From Anaeramoeba ignava BMAN (lineage: Eukaryota > Protista > Anaeramoebae): a DNA stretch of 64,000 bases. Under the pieces are notes generated by a model. That model was not told the origin of the DNA. It did not search any database and worked only from the letters and a program-made list of their open reading frames with translations. The position numbers and the translations under genes are program-made. The stretch spans positions 1 to 64,000 of the forward strand of contig JAPDFW010000027.1 of assembly GCA_028826165.1 (NCBI GenBank). The letters run 5' to 3'. Shown here piece after piece: positions 26,320-38,436 of this stretch (positions within the stretch are counted from its first letter, which is position 1; each line of letters begins with the position of its first letter).

Positions 26320-27602
26320 TCAATTTGAATCAAAATGGCAATCTTTGCAATACCAAGCATCTGTTGCAATTCCACAATTATTGTTTTTATCTCTTGACAT
26401 CCAAATATAACCTTGCATTCCCCAAGATGAACCCCAAGAATTTTGAACAATCCAATACTTATCATCACCTGAATTACAATATCCAACAACAAGAACAGCA
26501 TGATCCAAATTAGTAGAACTGCAATCCTTTTCATAATAAATTCCACTGACATACGTTTGGAAACTAAAATGACTTGCATCAATAGCAGCAGAAAGTGGAC
26601 CATATTGAGCACAAATTTGAGCCATTTCTGTTTCATTACCAGTTAGAACTTGGAAACATTCGATTGAAAATTTTATTGGTTTACATGAATTTGATTTGCA
26701 GCGCTCAGTCATTCCAGTATATGGATAATCTTCTGCACTGCATGATCCTCCTTGTTCTTGTTCCCATTTTAAAGCCTGTTTGGGCCAACCTCCATTACAT
26801 CCATATGATCCATCATCACAATCAATAATTTCTTGAATTGAAAGCTTTACTAAACTTCCGTTATCAATTGCTAAACATGATTCAATAACTTCCATTGCTG
26901 ATATTGCCCAACATGAACCACATTGTCCTTGATCTATAACATTTGGTACAACTCCTTTGTCTTTCCAATCAACACAATCATCTGTTGGTAAATTTGGATC
27001 GTATTCATATTCTTTCCCTATTTGTTTTCTTTTAGGTAATTCGTTCATTAAATATAATTCTTGATATTCTTTGTTTGTTAAATCTGTAAATTGATTTATT
27101 CCAACTATTTTATTTAAAATTAAAATTAAAATTAAAATTAAAATTAATTTATAAAATTAAAATTAAAATTAAAATTAAAATTAAAATTAAAATTAAAATT
27201 AAAATTAAAATTAAAATTAAAATTAAAATTAAAATTAAAATCAAAATTAAAATTAAAATTCATTTATAAAATCAAAATTAAAAATAAAATTAAAATTAAA
27301 ATTAAAATTAAAATTAAAATTAAAATTAAAATTAAAATTAAAATTAAAATTAAAATTAAAATTAAAATTGAAATTAATTTTTATTAATTACGCTGAAATT
27401 TATTGTTTGGATTTTGGTTGTGTTGATGAATTTTGTTTAAATTATCTTTAAAAACTGAAAATCGATAAATTTTTTCATTTGGTGAATAAACTTTATTAAA
27501 TTTCTTTTGGAAAGCTTTAAACATCAATTCTTCTTTACTTTTGACACATCCAACAAATGAAACGAATAATAAAATGAAAAGAGCTAAAATAAAAACTTTC
27601 AT
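26320..27602 (-). CDS. Cathepsin L-like papain (C1A) cysteine protease A with signal peptide and I29 propeptide; exons 27602-27392, 27104-26320
   Basis: Catalytic motifs QGQCGSCWA, LDHAV and QNSWG; propeptide LGINQFTDLT spans the junction; the 287-nt intron is filled with (AAAATT)n. Confidence 0.93.
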
Positions 27603-27719
27603 TCTTTTGTTTTCTTTTAAAAATGAAGTAAAAAAATGAAAACTTTTTTTTTTGTTGTTTTTTTTTTTTTTTGGATCATTTTATTTTAAACAAAAATTCA
27701 TTAACAAAAAATCCAAAAT

Positions 27720-28292
27720 TGAATCAAATCAAAATTCAAAATTGAATTAAATCAAAAAATTAAATCAAAATCAAATTAAATCAAATCAAATCAAATCAAA
27801 TCAAATCAAAATCAAAATCAAAATTGAATCAAATCAAATCAAATTGAATCAAAAATCAAAATTGAATTAAATCAAAATTGAATCAAATCAAAAAATCAAA
27901 ATTGAATCAAATCAAAAAATCAAATCAAAATCAAATCAAAATTGAATTAAATCAAAATTGAATCAAATCAAAATTGAATTAAAAATCAAAATTAAAATTG
28001 AATTAAATCAAATTGAATCAAATCAAATCAAAATTGAATTGAATCAAAATCAAATCAAATCAAAATTGAATCAAATCAAAAAATCAAATCAAAATCAAAT
28101 CAAAATTGAATTAAATCAAAAATCAAAATTGAATTAAATCAAATCAAAATTGAATCAAAAATCAAAATTGAATTAAATCAAAATTGAATCAAATCAAAAA
28201 ATCAAAATTGAATCAAATCAAAAAATCAAATCAAATTGAATCAAAAATCAAAAAATCAAATCAAAAAATCAAATTGAATCAAAAATCAAAAA
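27720..28292 (+). repeat. AAATC/AAAATTGAATC satellite between the cathepsin paralogs, at the duplication junction
   Basis: Direct repeats; same motif as 26175-26325. Confidence 0.9.
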
Positions 28293-28301
28293 TTCAATTC
28301 C

Positions 28302-29411
28302 TTAATCAAAATGGCAATCTTTGCAATACCAAGCATCTGTTGCAATTCCACAATTATTGTTTTTATCTCTTGACATCCAAATATAACCTTGCATTCCCCA
28401 AGATGAACCCCAAGAATTTTGAACAATCCAATACTTATCATCACCTGAATTACAATATCCAACAACAAGAACAGTATGATCCAAATTAGTAGAACTGCAA
28501 GCAGGTTCATAATAAATTCCACTCACATACATTTCGAAACTAGCATGACTTGCATCAATAGCAGAAGAAAGTGGACCATATTGAGCACAAATTTGAGCCA
28601 TTGCTGTTTCATTACCAGTTGGAACTTGGAAACATTCGATTGAAAAATTTATTGGTTTACATGAACTTGATTTGCATGCTTCTGTCATTCCAGTATATGG
28701 ATAATCTGCTGCACTGCATGATCCTCCTTGTTCTTTTTCCCATTCGAAAACTTGATCAGGCCAACCTCCATTACATCCATATGACTTATCATCACAATCA
28801 ATAATTTCTTGAATTGATAAATAGTCTAATTTTCCATTATCAATTGCTAAACATGCTTCAATAACTTCCAATGCCGTTATTGCCCAACATGAACCACATT
28901 GTCCTTCATTGACAACATCTGGTACAACTCCTTTGTCTCTCCAATCAACACAATCATCTGTTGGTAAATTTGGATCGTATTCATATTCTTTCGTTATTTG
29001 TTTTCTTTTAGGTAATTCGTTCATTAAATATAATTCTTGATATTCTTTGTTTGTTAAATCTGTAAATTGATTTATTCCAACTATTTTATTTTAATCCAAA
29101 AAAAAAGAGAAAAAAGAATTTTTGAATAGGTGAATTTAATTAAAGAAATGAATAAGAAAATTTTTTGCTTTTTTCTTTTAATTTTTATTAATTACGCTGA
29201 AATTTAAAATTAAAATTTTGAAATTAAAATTAAAATAAAATTTTGTTTAAATTATCTTTAAAAACTGAAAATCGATAAATTTTTCATTTGGTGAATAAGC
29301 TTTATTAAATTTCTTTTGGAAAGCTTTAAACATCAATTCTTCTTTACTTTTGGCACATCCAACAAATGAAATGAATAATAAAATGAAAAGAGCTAAAATA
29401 AAAACTTTCAT
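28302..29411 (-). pseudogene. Cathepsin L-like paralog B; exon 2 (29080-28302) intact, exon 1 (29411-29196) disrupted
   Basis: Intact catalytic domain (EGQCGSCWA, LDHTV, QNSWG). Exon 1 has a 1-nt homopolymer deletion near 29281, and 29206-29240 is replaced by AAAATT-like repeats. Confidence 0.75.
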
Positions 29412-29488
29412 TCTTTTGTTTTCTTTTAAAAATGAAGTAAAAAAATGAAAACTTTTTTTTTTGTTGTTTTGTTTTTTTTTGGATCATT

Positions 29489-32400
29489 TTATTTTAAACA
29501 AAAATTCATTAACAAAAAATCCAAAATACTATTCTCATTTAATTGAAAATAATCTTGAATATCTTCAAATTCTTCAAAATTTTCTTTTGTTATTTCTGAC
29601 ATTTGAAACTCATCATGATAAAAAAAATAAATGGTTTGATTTAAAACTTCAAATGGTTTTCCTGAATAATCGTGAACTTGATTTGATTTATCTTCAACAT
29701 TCAATTCAAACATTGCTTTGAATAAATCACTTCTTATGGCCAAAATCAACTTGTGGACTTCAATTTCCTTTTCAATTTCTTTTTCTTCGCAAATTATTTT
29801 AAAATCTTTTGTTTTTGATTGATATAATTCTCTAAAATCTCTTAACAACCCATTTATTCCTTGTTTTTCCTGAATCCATTTTAAATCATACCCAACTTTT
29901 GTAAATACATCACAAATTTGCTCATTTCTTTCTTGTTCGTTTTGTTTGGAAATATTGTTGACAGATAATGCTTTAAAAGCATCAGAAAGTAAATAATTAT
30001 ACTTCAAATTTTTATTTTTTGTTTCGAAGAATCCATTAAATTTTTGCTTAAAATATTTAAAATCAAGAAACCCAGTGTAAATAAAATTGACAACTAATTG
30101 AACAATGTGATGTGGTTTTTGTTTGCAAGCATTGATAAATTTTTGCAAATTCGCTTCATTATTATCCAGTCTTAATAACAAAAATTCTTTGCAAACGCGG
30201 ATTTGGAACGAATCACTACATTTTATATCCAAATCCGCGAATCCATCTGTTTGTAAGAATTTGTCCATATCCTCTATAAAAGAGTAGATTTTTGGAAATA
30301 ATTCCTGAATTTCACTTGTCATTTCTTCCTTTTGGAAATCAAAAGGATTAAAAGCCCTCAATATAAGAACTTTGATTTCTATTGGGAAACATTTTTCCAA
30401 AGCAATTATTAATGGTGTTTTGTTTTTTTTGCTTTTTGCATTTGTATTTGCACCTTTTTCAATCAATAATCGGATAATCTGCAGTGATAATTGGTTTTCC
30501 AAAGCATAATGAAGTGGGGTTTCTTTCTCCGTAGTATTTGCATTGATATCAGCTCCCTTTTCAATCAAAAATTCAACAACATCAATGGAAAACTTGTTTT
30601 TCAAGGCAAGATGCAATGAATTCTCATTTTGGTTGTTGCATAGATTCACATCAGAACCTTTTGCAACAAGCAATTCAATAATTTCCTTTGATGCTTTGTT
30701 TTGTAATGCATAGTGCAAGGCAGATTCCTTCAAATACCTACTTTGCACAGTTATATCACTTCCCTTTTCAATCAGTGTTTTGATAATATCACTCGACGAT
30801 TTGCTTTTCAAAGCGTAATGAAGTGGTATTTCGTTCCAATTATTTTTTGCATTGATGTCAGCCCCTTTTTCGATCAAAAACATAATCATATCATCTGGGA
30901 ACGTGTTTCCCAATACATAGTGCAATGGTGTTTCGTTAATGTTGAATGTGGAATTTATATCTGCTCCTTTTTCAATCAAAAATTTGATAACTTCAGTTTC
31001 TGAATTTGCTTTAAGAGCAACATGCAGTGATGACTCGTTACTGTTGTTTTTGATATTGATAGCAATTTCTTTTGCAACGAGAAATTCGATCACCTCCAAC
31101 TTGGAATTGTGCTTTAAAGCGAGATGTAATACCGTATCTTTTAAAATTTTGGTTCTCGAATTGATATCAGCTCCTTTTTCAACCAACATTTTTATAACTT
31201 CAAGTGAGTAATTACTTTTCAAGGCATAATGGAATGGGGTTTCATCATTGTTGTTCTTTGCATTAATATCGACTTCTTTCCCAATCAACATTTTTAGAAT
31301 TTCCAGTGAACACTGATTTTTCAATGCAATATGAATCGGTGTTTCGTTTAATTTATTTTTTGCATTGATATTAGTTCCCTTCTCAAGCAACGTCTCGATA
31401 GCCTCAAGTGTGCAATTACTCTTCAAAGCAACCTGAAATGGAGTCTCATTATCTTTATTAACTGAGTCAATAAGAGAGCCTTTCTCAATGAGAAGGTTTA
31501 TAACATTGATTGATAGGTTGCTTTTCAAGGCATAATGGAGTGGAGTTTCTCCGTTTTTATTTTTAGAATTGAGACGAGCTCCATTTTCAATCAGCAACCC
31601 AATAATTTCAATCTCACACTTGTTTTTCAAGGCAATATGCAAAGATATTTCATGTAAATAATTTGTTTTTATATTAATAGGAGACTTTTCCTCAACCAAT
31701 AACCGAATAATTTCAAATGAGCATTTGCTTTTTAAAGCGATATACAGCGGTATTTCGTTGTTATGGTCTTGTGAAATGATATTGTTCCCTTTTCCAATCA
31801 TTGCCTGAATCACTTCAATCGGATAATTCCTTTTCAAAGCAATATGCAAAGGAGTTTCGTTGTTATTGTTTTTGTAATTGATATCTGATCCTTTTTCAAT
31901 GAGCAAATTAATAATTTCACTTGGTTTCTTGTTTTCTAAGGCAATATATAAAGGTGTTATATTCAAATCATCAATTTTCGAATTAATATCAGCTCCTTTA
32001 TCAATTAATAGCTGAATAATCTCATATGACAAGTCATTTTGCAAAGCAATATGCAATGCTGATTCGTTCATCTTGTTTTTTGAATTGATATCAACTCCCC
32101 TTTCAATCAATGACCGGATGATTTCAATCGAATACTTGCTTTTCAACGCAATATGCAAAGAATTTTCTTTATTGCGATGATCTCTGAAATGGATATCAGC
32201 TCCTTTATCAATTATTAGCTGAATAATCTCATCTGATTTTTTGGTTTTCAAAGCAAAATGCAACGCTGATTCATTCAAAATATCAATTTTTGAATTAATA
32301 TCGACTCCCTTTTCAATTAATAATCGGATTATCTCAATCGAGTAATTGTTTTCTAAAGCAATACTTAAAGGCGTTTCATTATTGTTGTTTTTTAGATTAA

Positions 32401-33607
32401 CATCAACTTCTTTTCCAGTTAATAGCTGAATAACCCTATCTGAGTAATTGCTTTTTAGAGCCATATGCAAAGCTATCTCATTGTTTTTATTTTTCAAGTT
32501 GGAATCAGCCCCTTTTTCGATTAATAATTTTATAACTTCTTCTTGCAAATTATTTTTCAAAGCAAAATGTAGCGGTGTTTCGTCATTCATATCTTTTGAT
32601 TTAAGATCCGCTTTTTTTTCAATTAATAATCGCACAATCTCAATCAATGATTTATTCTCCAAGGCACAATGCAAAGGAGTTTCCTTGTTTTGGTTCTGTG
32701 AATTAATATCAGCTCCTTTTCCGATTAATAACTTGATAATTCCAAATGATAAATTATTTTGTAGTGCAACATGCAAAGATGTTTCTTCCCAATAATTTTT
32801 TGAATTGACATCAGATCCATTTTCTATCAATAATTCAATAATTTCAAACGATAATTTGTTTTGTAAAGCAATATGTAAAGGTGATTGATTTTTCTTGTTT
32901 TTTGAATTAATATCAGCTCCTTTTTCAATTAGTAATTTAATAACCTCCAATGATAAATTATTTTGTAATGCAATATCTAAAGGTGATTGATTTTTCTTGT
33001 TTTTTGAATTAATATCAGCTCCTTTTTCAATTAGTAATTTAATAACCTCCAATGATAAATTATTTTGTAAAGCAATATCTAAAGGTGATTGATTTTTCTT
33101 GTTTTTTGAATTAATATAAGCTCCTTTTTCAATTAGTAATTTAATAATTTCTAAAGAACGATTTTTTTTCAAGGCAACATGCAAAGAAATTTCATCATTT
33201 TGGTTTTGTAAATTAACATTAGCTGCCTTTTCAATTAATAGTTTAATAATTTCAAAAGATAAATTATTGAGTAAAGAAATGTGCAAAGGAGCTTGTTTTT
33301 TCCTGTTTTTTGAATTGAGATGAGCTCCGCTTTCAATTAGTAATTGGATGATTTCAAATGAGGAGTTGTTTAAAATGGCGGAATGTAAAGAAGTGTTTCC
33401 AAATTTATCGATATGATTTGGATTTGCATTTTTTTCAATTAGTAGATGAATAACTTCGAAAGAAGCTTTTTTTTCGATTGCAAAATTAAGGAAAGGTTGA
33501 ATTGGATTTTGGAATTGATTTGAATTCAAAGGAGGAATTGAGTCCAAAAAATGAACCAAATTATTTCTTATTGCATTATAAACAGAATCAGTGCTCTGAA
33601 AAAACAT
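29489..33607 (-). CDS. Ankyrin-repeat protein (about 30 repeats of 34-35 aa) with C-terminal BTB/POZ-like domains
   Basis: Repeated TPLHxAL..LLIEKGADIN; C-terminal DFKIIC..VHKLILAIRSDLFKAMF; intronless 1372-aa ORF. Confidence 0.92.
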   Translation of the reverse strand: MFFQSTDSVYNAIRNNLVHFLDSIPPLNSNQFQNPIQPFLNFAIEKKASFEVIHLLIEKNANPNHIDKFGNTSLHSAILNNSSFEIIQLLIESGAHLNSKNRKKQAPLHISLLNNLSFEIIKLLIEKAANVNLQNQNDEISLHVALKKNRSLEIIKLLIEKGAYINSKNKKNQSPLDIALQNNLSLEVIKLLIEKGADINSKNKKNQSPLDIALQNNLSLEVIKLLIEKGADINSKNKKNQSPLHIALQNKLSFEIIELLIENGSDVNSKNYWEETSLHVALQNNLSFGIIKLLIGKGADINSQNQNKETPLHCALENKSLIEIVRLLIEKKADLKSKDMNDETPLHFALKNNLQEEVIKLLIEKGADSNLKNKNNEIALHMALKSNYSDRVIQLLTGKEVDVNLKNNNNETPLSIALENNYSIEIIRLLIEKGVDINSKIDILNESALHFALKTKKSDEIIQLIIDKGADIHFRDHRNKENSLHIALKSKYSIEIIRSLIERGVDINSKNKMNESALHIALQNDLSYEIIQLLIDKGADINSKIDDLNITPLYIALENKKPSEIINLLIEKGSDINYKNNNNETPLHIALKRNYPIEVIQAMIGKGNNIISQDHNNEIPLYIALKSKCSFEIIRLLVEEKSPINIKTNYLHEISLHIALKNKCEIEIIGLLIENGARLNSKNKNGETPLHYALKSNLSINVINLLIEKGSLIDSVNKDNETPFQVALKSNCTLEAIETLLEKGTNINAKNKLNETPIHIALKNQCSLEILKMLIGKEVDINAKNNNDETPFHYALKSNYSLEVIKMLVEKGADINSRTKILKDTVLHLALKHNSKLEVIEFLVAKEIAINIKNNSNESSLHVALKANSETEVIKFLIEKGADINSTFNINETPLHYVLGNTFPDDMIMFLIEKGADINAKNNWNEIPLHYALKSKSSSDIIKTLIEKGSDITVQSRYLKESALHYALQNKASKEIIELLVAKGSDVNLCNNQNENSLHLALKNKFSIDVVEFLIEKGADINANTTEKETPLHYALENQLSLQIIRLLIEKGANTNAKSKKNKTPLIIALEKCFPIEIKVLILRAFNPFDFQKEEMTSEIQELFPKIYSFIEDMDKFLQTDGFADLDIKCSDSFQIRVCKEFLLLRLDNNEANLQKFINACKQKPHHIVQLVVNFIYTGFLDFKYFKQKFNGFFETKNKNLKYNYLLSDAFKALSVNNISKQNEQERNEQICDVFTKVGYDLKWIQEKQGINGLLRDFRELYQSKTKDFKIICEEKEIEKEIEVHKLILAIRSDLFKAMFELNVEDKSNQVHDYSGKPFEVLNQTIYFFYHDEFQMSEITKENFEEFEDIQDYFQLNENSILDFLLMNFCLK

Positions 33608-33760
33608 TTATGGAAGAAGAAGAAGAAAAAAGAAAAATGAAAAAGAAATTATTTTTTTTCTTCTTTCATTTTTTTTTTCTCCTTTTTTTTGGGGTTTTAA
33701 ATTTAATAAGAAATTTTTCTTTACAGATAATCATTTTCCACTTCTCAAAATTTGGAAAAA

Positions 33761-36700
33761 ATGTCATCTAAACTACGAATTTACACAGCTTCTTTTTTTC
33801 GGTTTATTTTTCCGATTCTTTTAATAATAGGACTTTATATTTTATTTCTTTTAAGATATGATTTGAGGAGAAGTTTGATATTTTTGATTGGAATTGGATT
33901 TGGATATACATTAAAAAGAGCAAGATTTGGATATACATCTCATTTCAGGAAATTATTACATGGAAGAGGCCAAGGAATGAGAGCTCAAATCATTATGTTT
34001 CTTGTTACTTCTTTAATTGCTTTACCCATTTATTATCATTCTAAGCCTATTTTTAAACAAAATAAGGATTTCTCAACAAATCTTTATCCTGTTTCTGTAA
34101 TTCTTCACAAAATCCTTATCAAAAAATCGTGAAAAAAAAAATTTTTTTTTATTTTTGATTTTTTGTTTTTTTTGATTTTTTTGTTTTTGAATTAAGACTT
34201 CTGTTCTTTTGGGTGCTTTTATTTTTGGTATTGGCCAGCAACTTGGTGATTGTTGTGCTTCAGGTGTTTTGTATGATGTTGGTTCTGGGAATATTCGTGC
34301 TGTTTGGGTTTTAATTTTCTTTATTAGTGGTACAGTTATTGGTAAGTCTTTTTTTTTTCTTTAAGATTAGAATCTAAATCTAAATCTAAATCTAAATATA
34401 AATATAAATATAAATCTAAATATAAATATAAATCTAAATCTAAATCTAAATATAAATATAAATATAAATATAAATATAAATATAAATCTAAATCTAAATA
34501 TAAATATAAATATAAATATAAATATAAATATAAATCTAAATATAAATATAAATCTAAATATAAATATAAATATAAATATAAATATAAATATAAATATAAA
34601 TATAAATATAAATATAAATATAAATATAAATATAAAAATATAAAAATAAATATAAAATAAATATAAATATAAAATAAATATAAATATAAATATAAATATA
34701 AACTAAAAAAATATAAATCTAAATATAAATAATAAATCTAAATATAAATATAAATATAAATATAAATATAAATATAAATATAAATATAAATATAAATATA
34801 AATATATAAATCTAAAATATAAATATAAATAAAATATAAATATAAATCTAAATATATAAATATAAAAATAAAAATATAGAAATATAAATCTAAATATAAA
34901 TATAAAATATAAATCTAAATATAAATATAAATATAAATCTAAATATAAATCTAAATCTAAATATAATTTAAATATAAAAATAATTAAAAATAGGTGCTTC
35001 ATTGGTGTATGGGAAATGTTCAAAAATTTTTAGAATTTTAATTTTATTAATTTTGATATTAATTTTAATTTTAATTTAAAATTATTAGGGTAGTTTTAGT
35101 TTAAATATTAATTTTCAAAAATAAAAAAAATTAAATTAGGAATCTTCCATAAAAAGAATATATCTTCCAAATCCATAACCATGGGGTAAATTACAAAATT
35201 CAAATTATAAAATTCAATTTATAAAATATAAATATAAAATTAAATAAAATTCAAATTAAAAAATCCAAAAAAATATAAATTCAATTTAAATTATAAAAAA
35301 TTTATAAAATTAAATATAAATCTAAATATATTATATATGTTTCTAAAATATAAATATACAAAATTGAGATTAAAATATAAATATAAATATAAATATAAAT
35401 CCACAAAAAATATAAATAGAAATTGAAATAAATATAATTATAAATGAATAAAGAAGAAATAAATATAAACTTTTTCAAAATAATAAATTTAAATATATTC
35501 TTATAAATATAAAATATAAAATGTATAAATATAAATATAAAGGAAATATAAATTCTCAAAAATATAAAAGTATTAAATATAAGGTTTAAATTTAAATTAT
35601 AAATATTAAATATAAATTTTAAATATAAATTTTTAGAAAAAAATCAATTTTATAAATATCTTTTTTTAAATATAAAATCAAAAATTTAAATAGAATATAA
35701 ATATAAATATAAATATAAATCTAGAAATCTCAAAAATTTAAAATATTCAAAAATTCAAAATAAAAATAAAATATAATTATAAATCCAAAAATAATAAAAT
35801 AAAATAAATATAATTTTGATTTTAAAATAATTAAAAATAGGTGCTCGACATATCATTGGTGTATGGGAAAAATGTTCAAAAATTTTTAGAATTTAAATTT
35901 TATTAAAAATTTTGATATTAATTTTAATTTTAATTTTAATTATTAGGGTGTAAGTTTTAGTTTAGAAATTATTTTCAAAAAAATTTAAAAAAAAAAGAAA
36001 TCAATTAAATTAGGGAATCTTATAATACATAAAAAGAGATATATCTTCCAGATCCATTAACACCATATTCAAAATAAAAATTATAAAATTCAATTTATTA
36101 TTCAAAATTCAAAAATTTAAAATTACAAAAAATTAAAAAAATTCAAAATTTAAAAAAATTCAATTACAAAAATTCAATTTAAAATTCAATTTACAAAATT
36201 CAATTTACAAAATTCAATTTACAAAATTCAATTTACAAAATTCAATTTACAAAATTCAATTTATAAAATTCAATTTATAAAATTCAATTTATAAAATTCA
36301 AATTATAAAATTCAATTTACAAAATTCAATTTATAAAATCTTAATTAAAAAATTCAATTTAAGATTCAATTATTGCTGTTTTATGTTTTTGGATTTGCTC
36401 TGGCTTATTTTGTTACAATTCTTATTGAGATTAAAGTTCATGGTGGAGTTGAAGAAAGTTGGTTGCAAAAAATTATATCAAAATTCCACAAAAAAGAATC
36501 ACAAGATCAAGAAATTGATGAAATTAAACAATTACTTGTTCCAATTAATGAACCACAAGAAGAAAAAAGTTTATTCTTTAAACTTTTTCAAAGTAATTGG
36601 TCTTATTTAACTGGTGCTTTTATTCTTTCGGGAATTCAAATTCTTTTTCTATTTGTTGGTGGTGAATTGTTGGTGGTGAATTATGGGGAGTTATGGGTAT

Positions 36701-38240
36701 TTTTACAGGAATTGGAAGTAATATTCTCAAAAAAATGGGAGTTGATGTTGAAAGTTGGGAATATTGGGTTTGCTTTTATTAAATTATTTTTATTTCTTTT
36801 GTGATTTATTTTTATAATTATTTTTTTAGAAAGTAAATCAATTTTCTTTAATAGTTCTTTTTATTTTATAAAAAATTAAAATTTTTTATTTGATTTTAAT
36901 AGGAATATTCGAAATTACCAAAAGATCTTTTAGCAAATGAGTTTGTAGAACAAATTTTATTCAAAATATTTAAAACATTCAAAATATTCAAAATATTTAA
37001 AATAAATATCCAAAATATTCAAAAAATAAATATCCAAAATATCCAAAATATTTAAAATATTCAAAAATAATATATAAAAATATTTATAAAAATATAAAAT
37101 AAATATTCAAAATATTTAAATAAAATATTCAAAAAAATATTCAAAATATCCAAAATATTCAAAATATTCAAAATATTCAAAATAAATATTCAAAATATTT
37201 AAAAATATCCAAAATAATCAAAATATCCAAAATATTCAAAAAATATCCAAAATATTCCAAAATATTTATAATCAAAATATTCAAAATATTTAAAATATTC
37301 AAAATAAATATCCAAAAATATTCAAAATATCCAAAATAAATATCTAAAATAAATATTTAAAATATTCAAAATATTTAAAAATATCTAAAAATATTTAAAA
37401 TAAATATTCAAAATATTTAAAAATATCCAAAATATTTATAATAAATATATTTAAAATATTCAAAAATATCCAAAATATCCAAAAATAATCAAAATAAATA
37501 TCCAAAATATTTAAAATATCCAAAATATTTATAATAAAATATTTAAAATATTTAAAATATTTAAAAATATCCAAAATATTCAAAATATTCAAAATAAATA
37601 TTTAAAATAAATATCCAAAATAATCAAAATAAATATTCAAAATATTTAAAATATTCAAAATATCCAAAATATTTAAAATATTCAAAAATATTTAAAATAT
37701 TCAAAATATTTAAAATATTTAAAATAAATATCCAAAATATTTAAAATAAATATCCAAAATATTTAAAATAAATATCCAAAATAATCAAAATATTCAAAAT
37801 ATCCAAAATAATCAAAATATCCAAAATATTCAAAATATTTAAAATATCCAAAATATTTCAAAATAAATATTCAAAATATTTAAAATAAATATTCAAAATA
37901 TTTAAAATAATATCCAAAATATTTCTTTAGTTATTTCATTCTGGATTTGGCTGTTATTATTGGATCTTTTCTAGCTGCTTCTTATATGAAATCTTTTGGA
38001 AAAAGTCAATCATTTAATCCAATATCTTGGGTTGGAGGAATTTTCGGAGGAATTTTCTTAGGATTTGGAAGTAGATTGGCTGGTGGATGTAATATTGGAG
38101 CTCTTACTTCTGGAATTGTATCTTGGAGTGTAACTGCGTTTACTTGGTATGTTTGTGCAATGTGTGGGAATTTAGTTGGAATGTATCTTCGTCCTATTTT
38201 TAAAATTCCAACAAGTCCTACTCCCAAAAAACGAAATTAA
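33761..38240 (+). CDS. yeeE: YeeE/YedE (Sulf_transp, thiosulfate transporter-like) membrane protein, multi-exon; clear exons 33761-34096, 34197-34341, 36364-36767, 36903-36940, 37931-38240; middle exons garbled
   Basis: Motifs GFGYTLKRARFGYTSHFR, FGIGQQLGDCCASG, WGVMG..GVDVESWEYW and GGIFLGFGSRLAGGCNIGA. A 14-bp tandem duplication at 36653-36680 causes an apparent frameshift. Confidence 0.85.
34372..34980 (+). repeat. (AAATAT/AAATCT)n satellite in the YeeE intron starting at 34342
   Basis: Direct hexamer repeats. Confidence 0.9.
36960..37922 (+). repeat. About 10-mer (CAAAATATT/CAAAATATC)n satellite in YeeE intron 36941-37930
   Basis: Direct repeats, G-free. Confidence 0.9.
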
Positions 38241-38436
38241 AAAAAATTGTTTTCCATTAGAAATGGTTAAGAACCATTCAAAAAACAAGAAAGATGTTGC
38301 AATGGATTAATAAATCCTTTGCTTTTTTTTTCTCTTCTTTTTTCTTTTTTTCTTTCAAATTAAGAAATCATAAAATCCAAAAAAAAAAATTTTATTTTTT
38401 CATTTTGATTTTTTCATTTTTTTCATTTTTTTCTAA

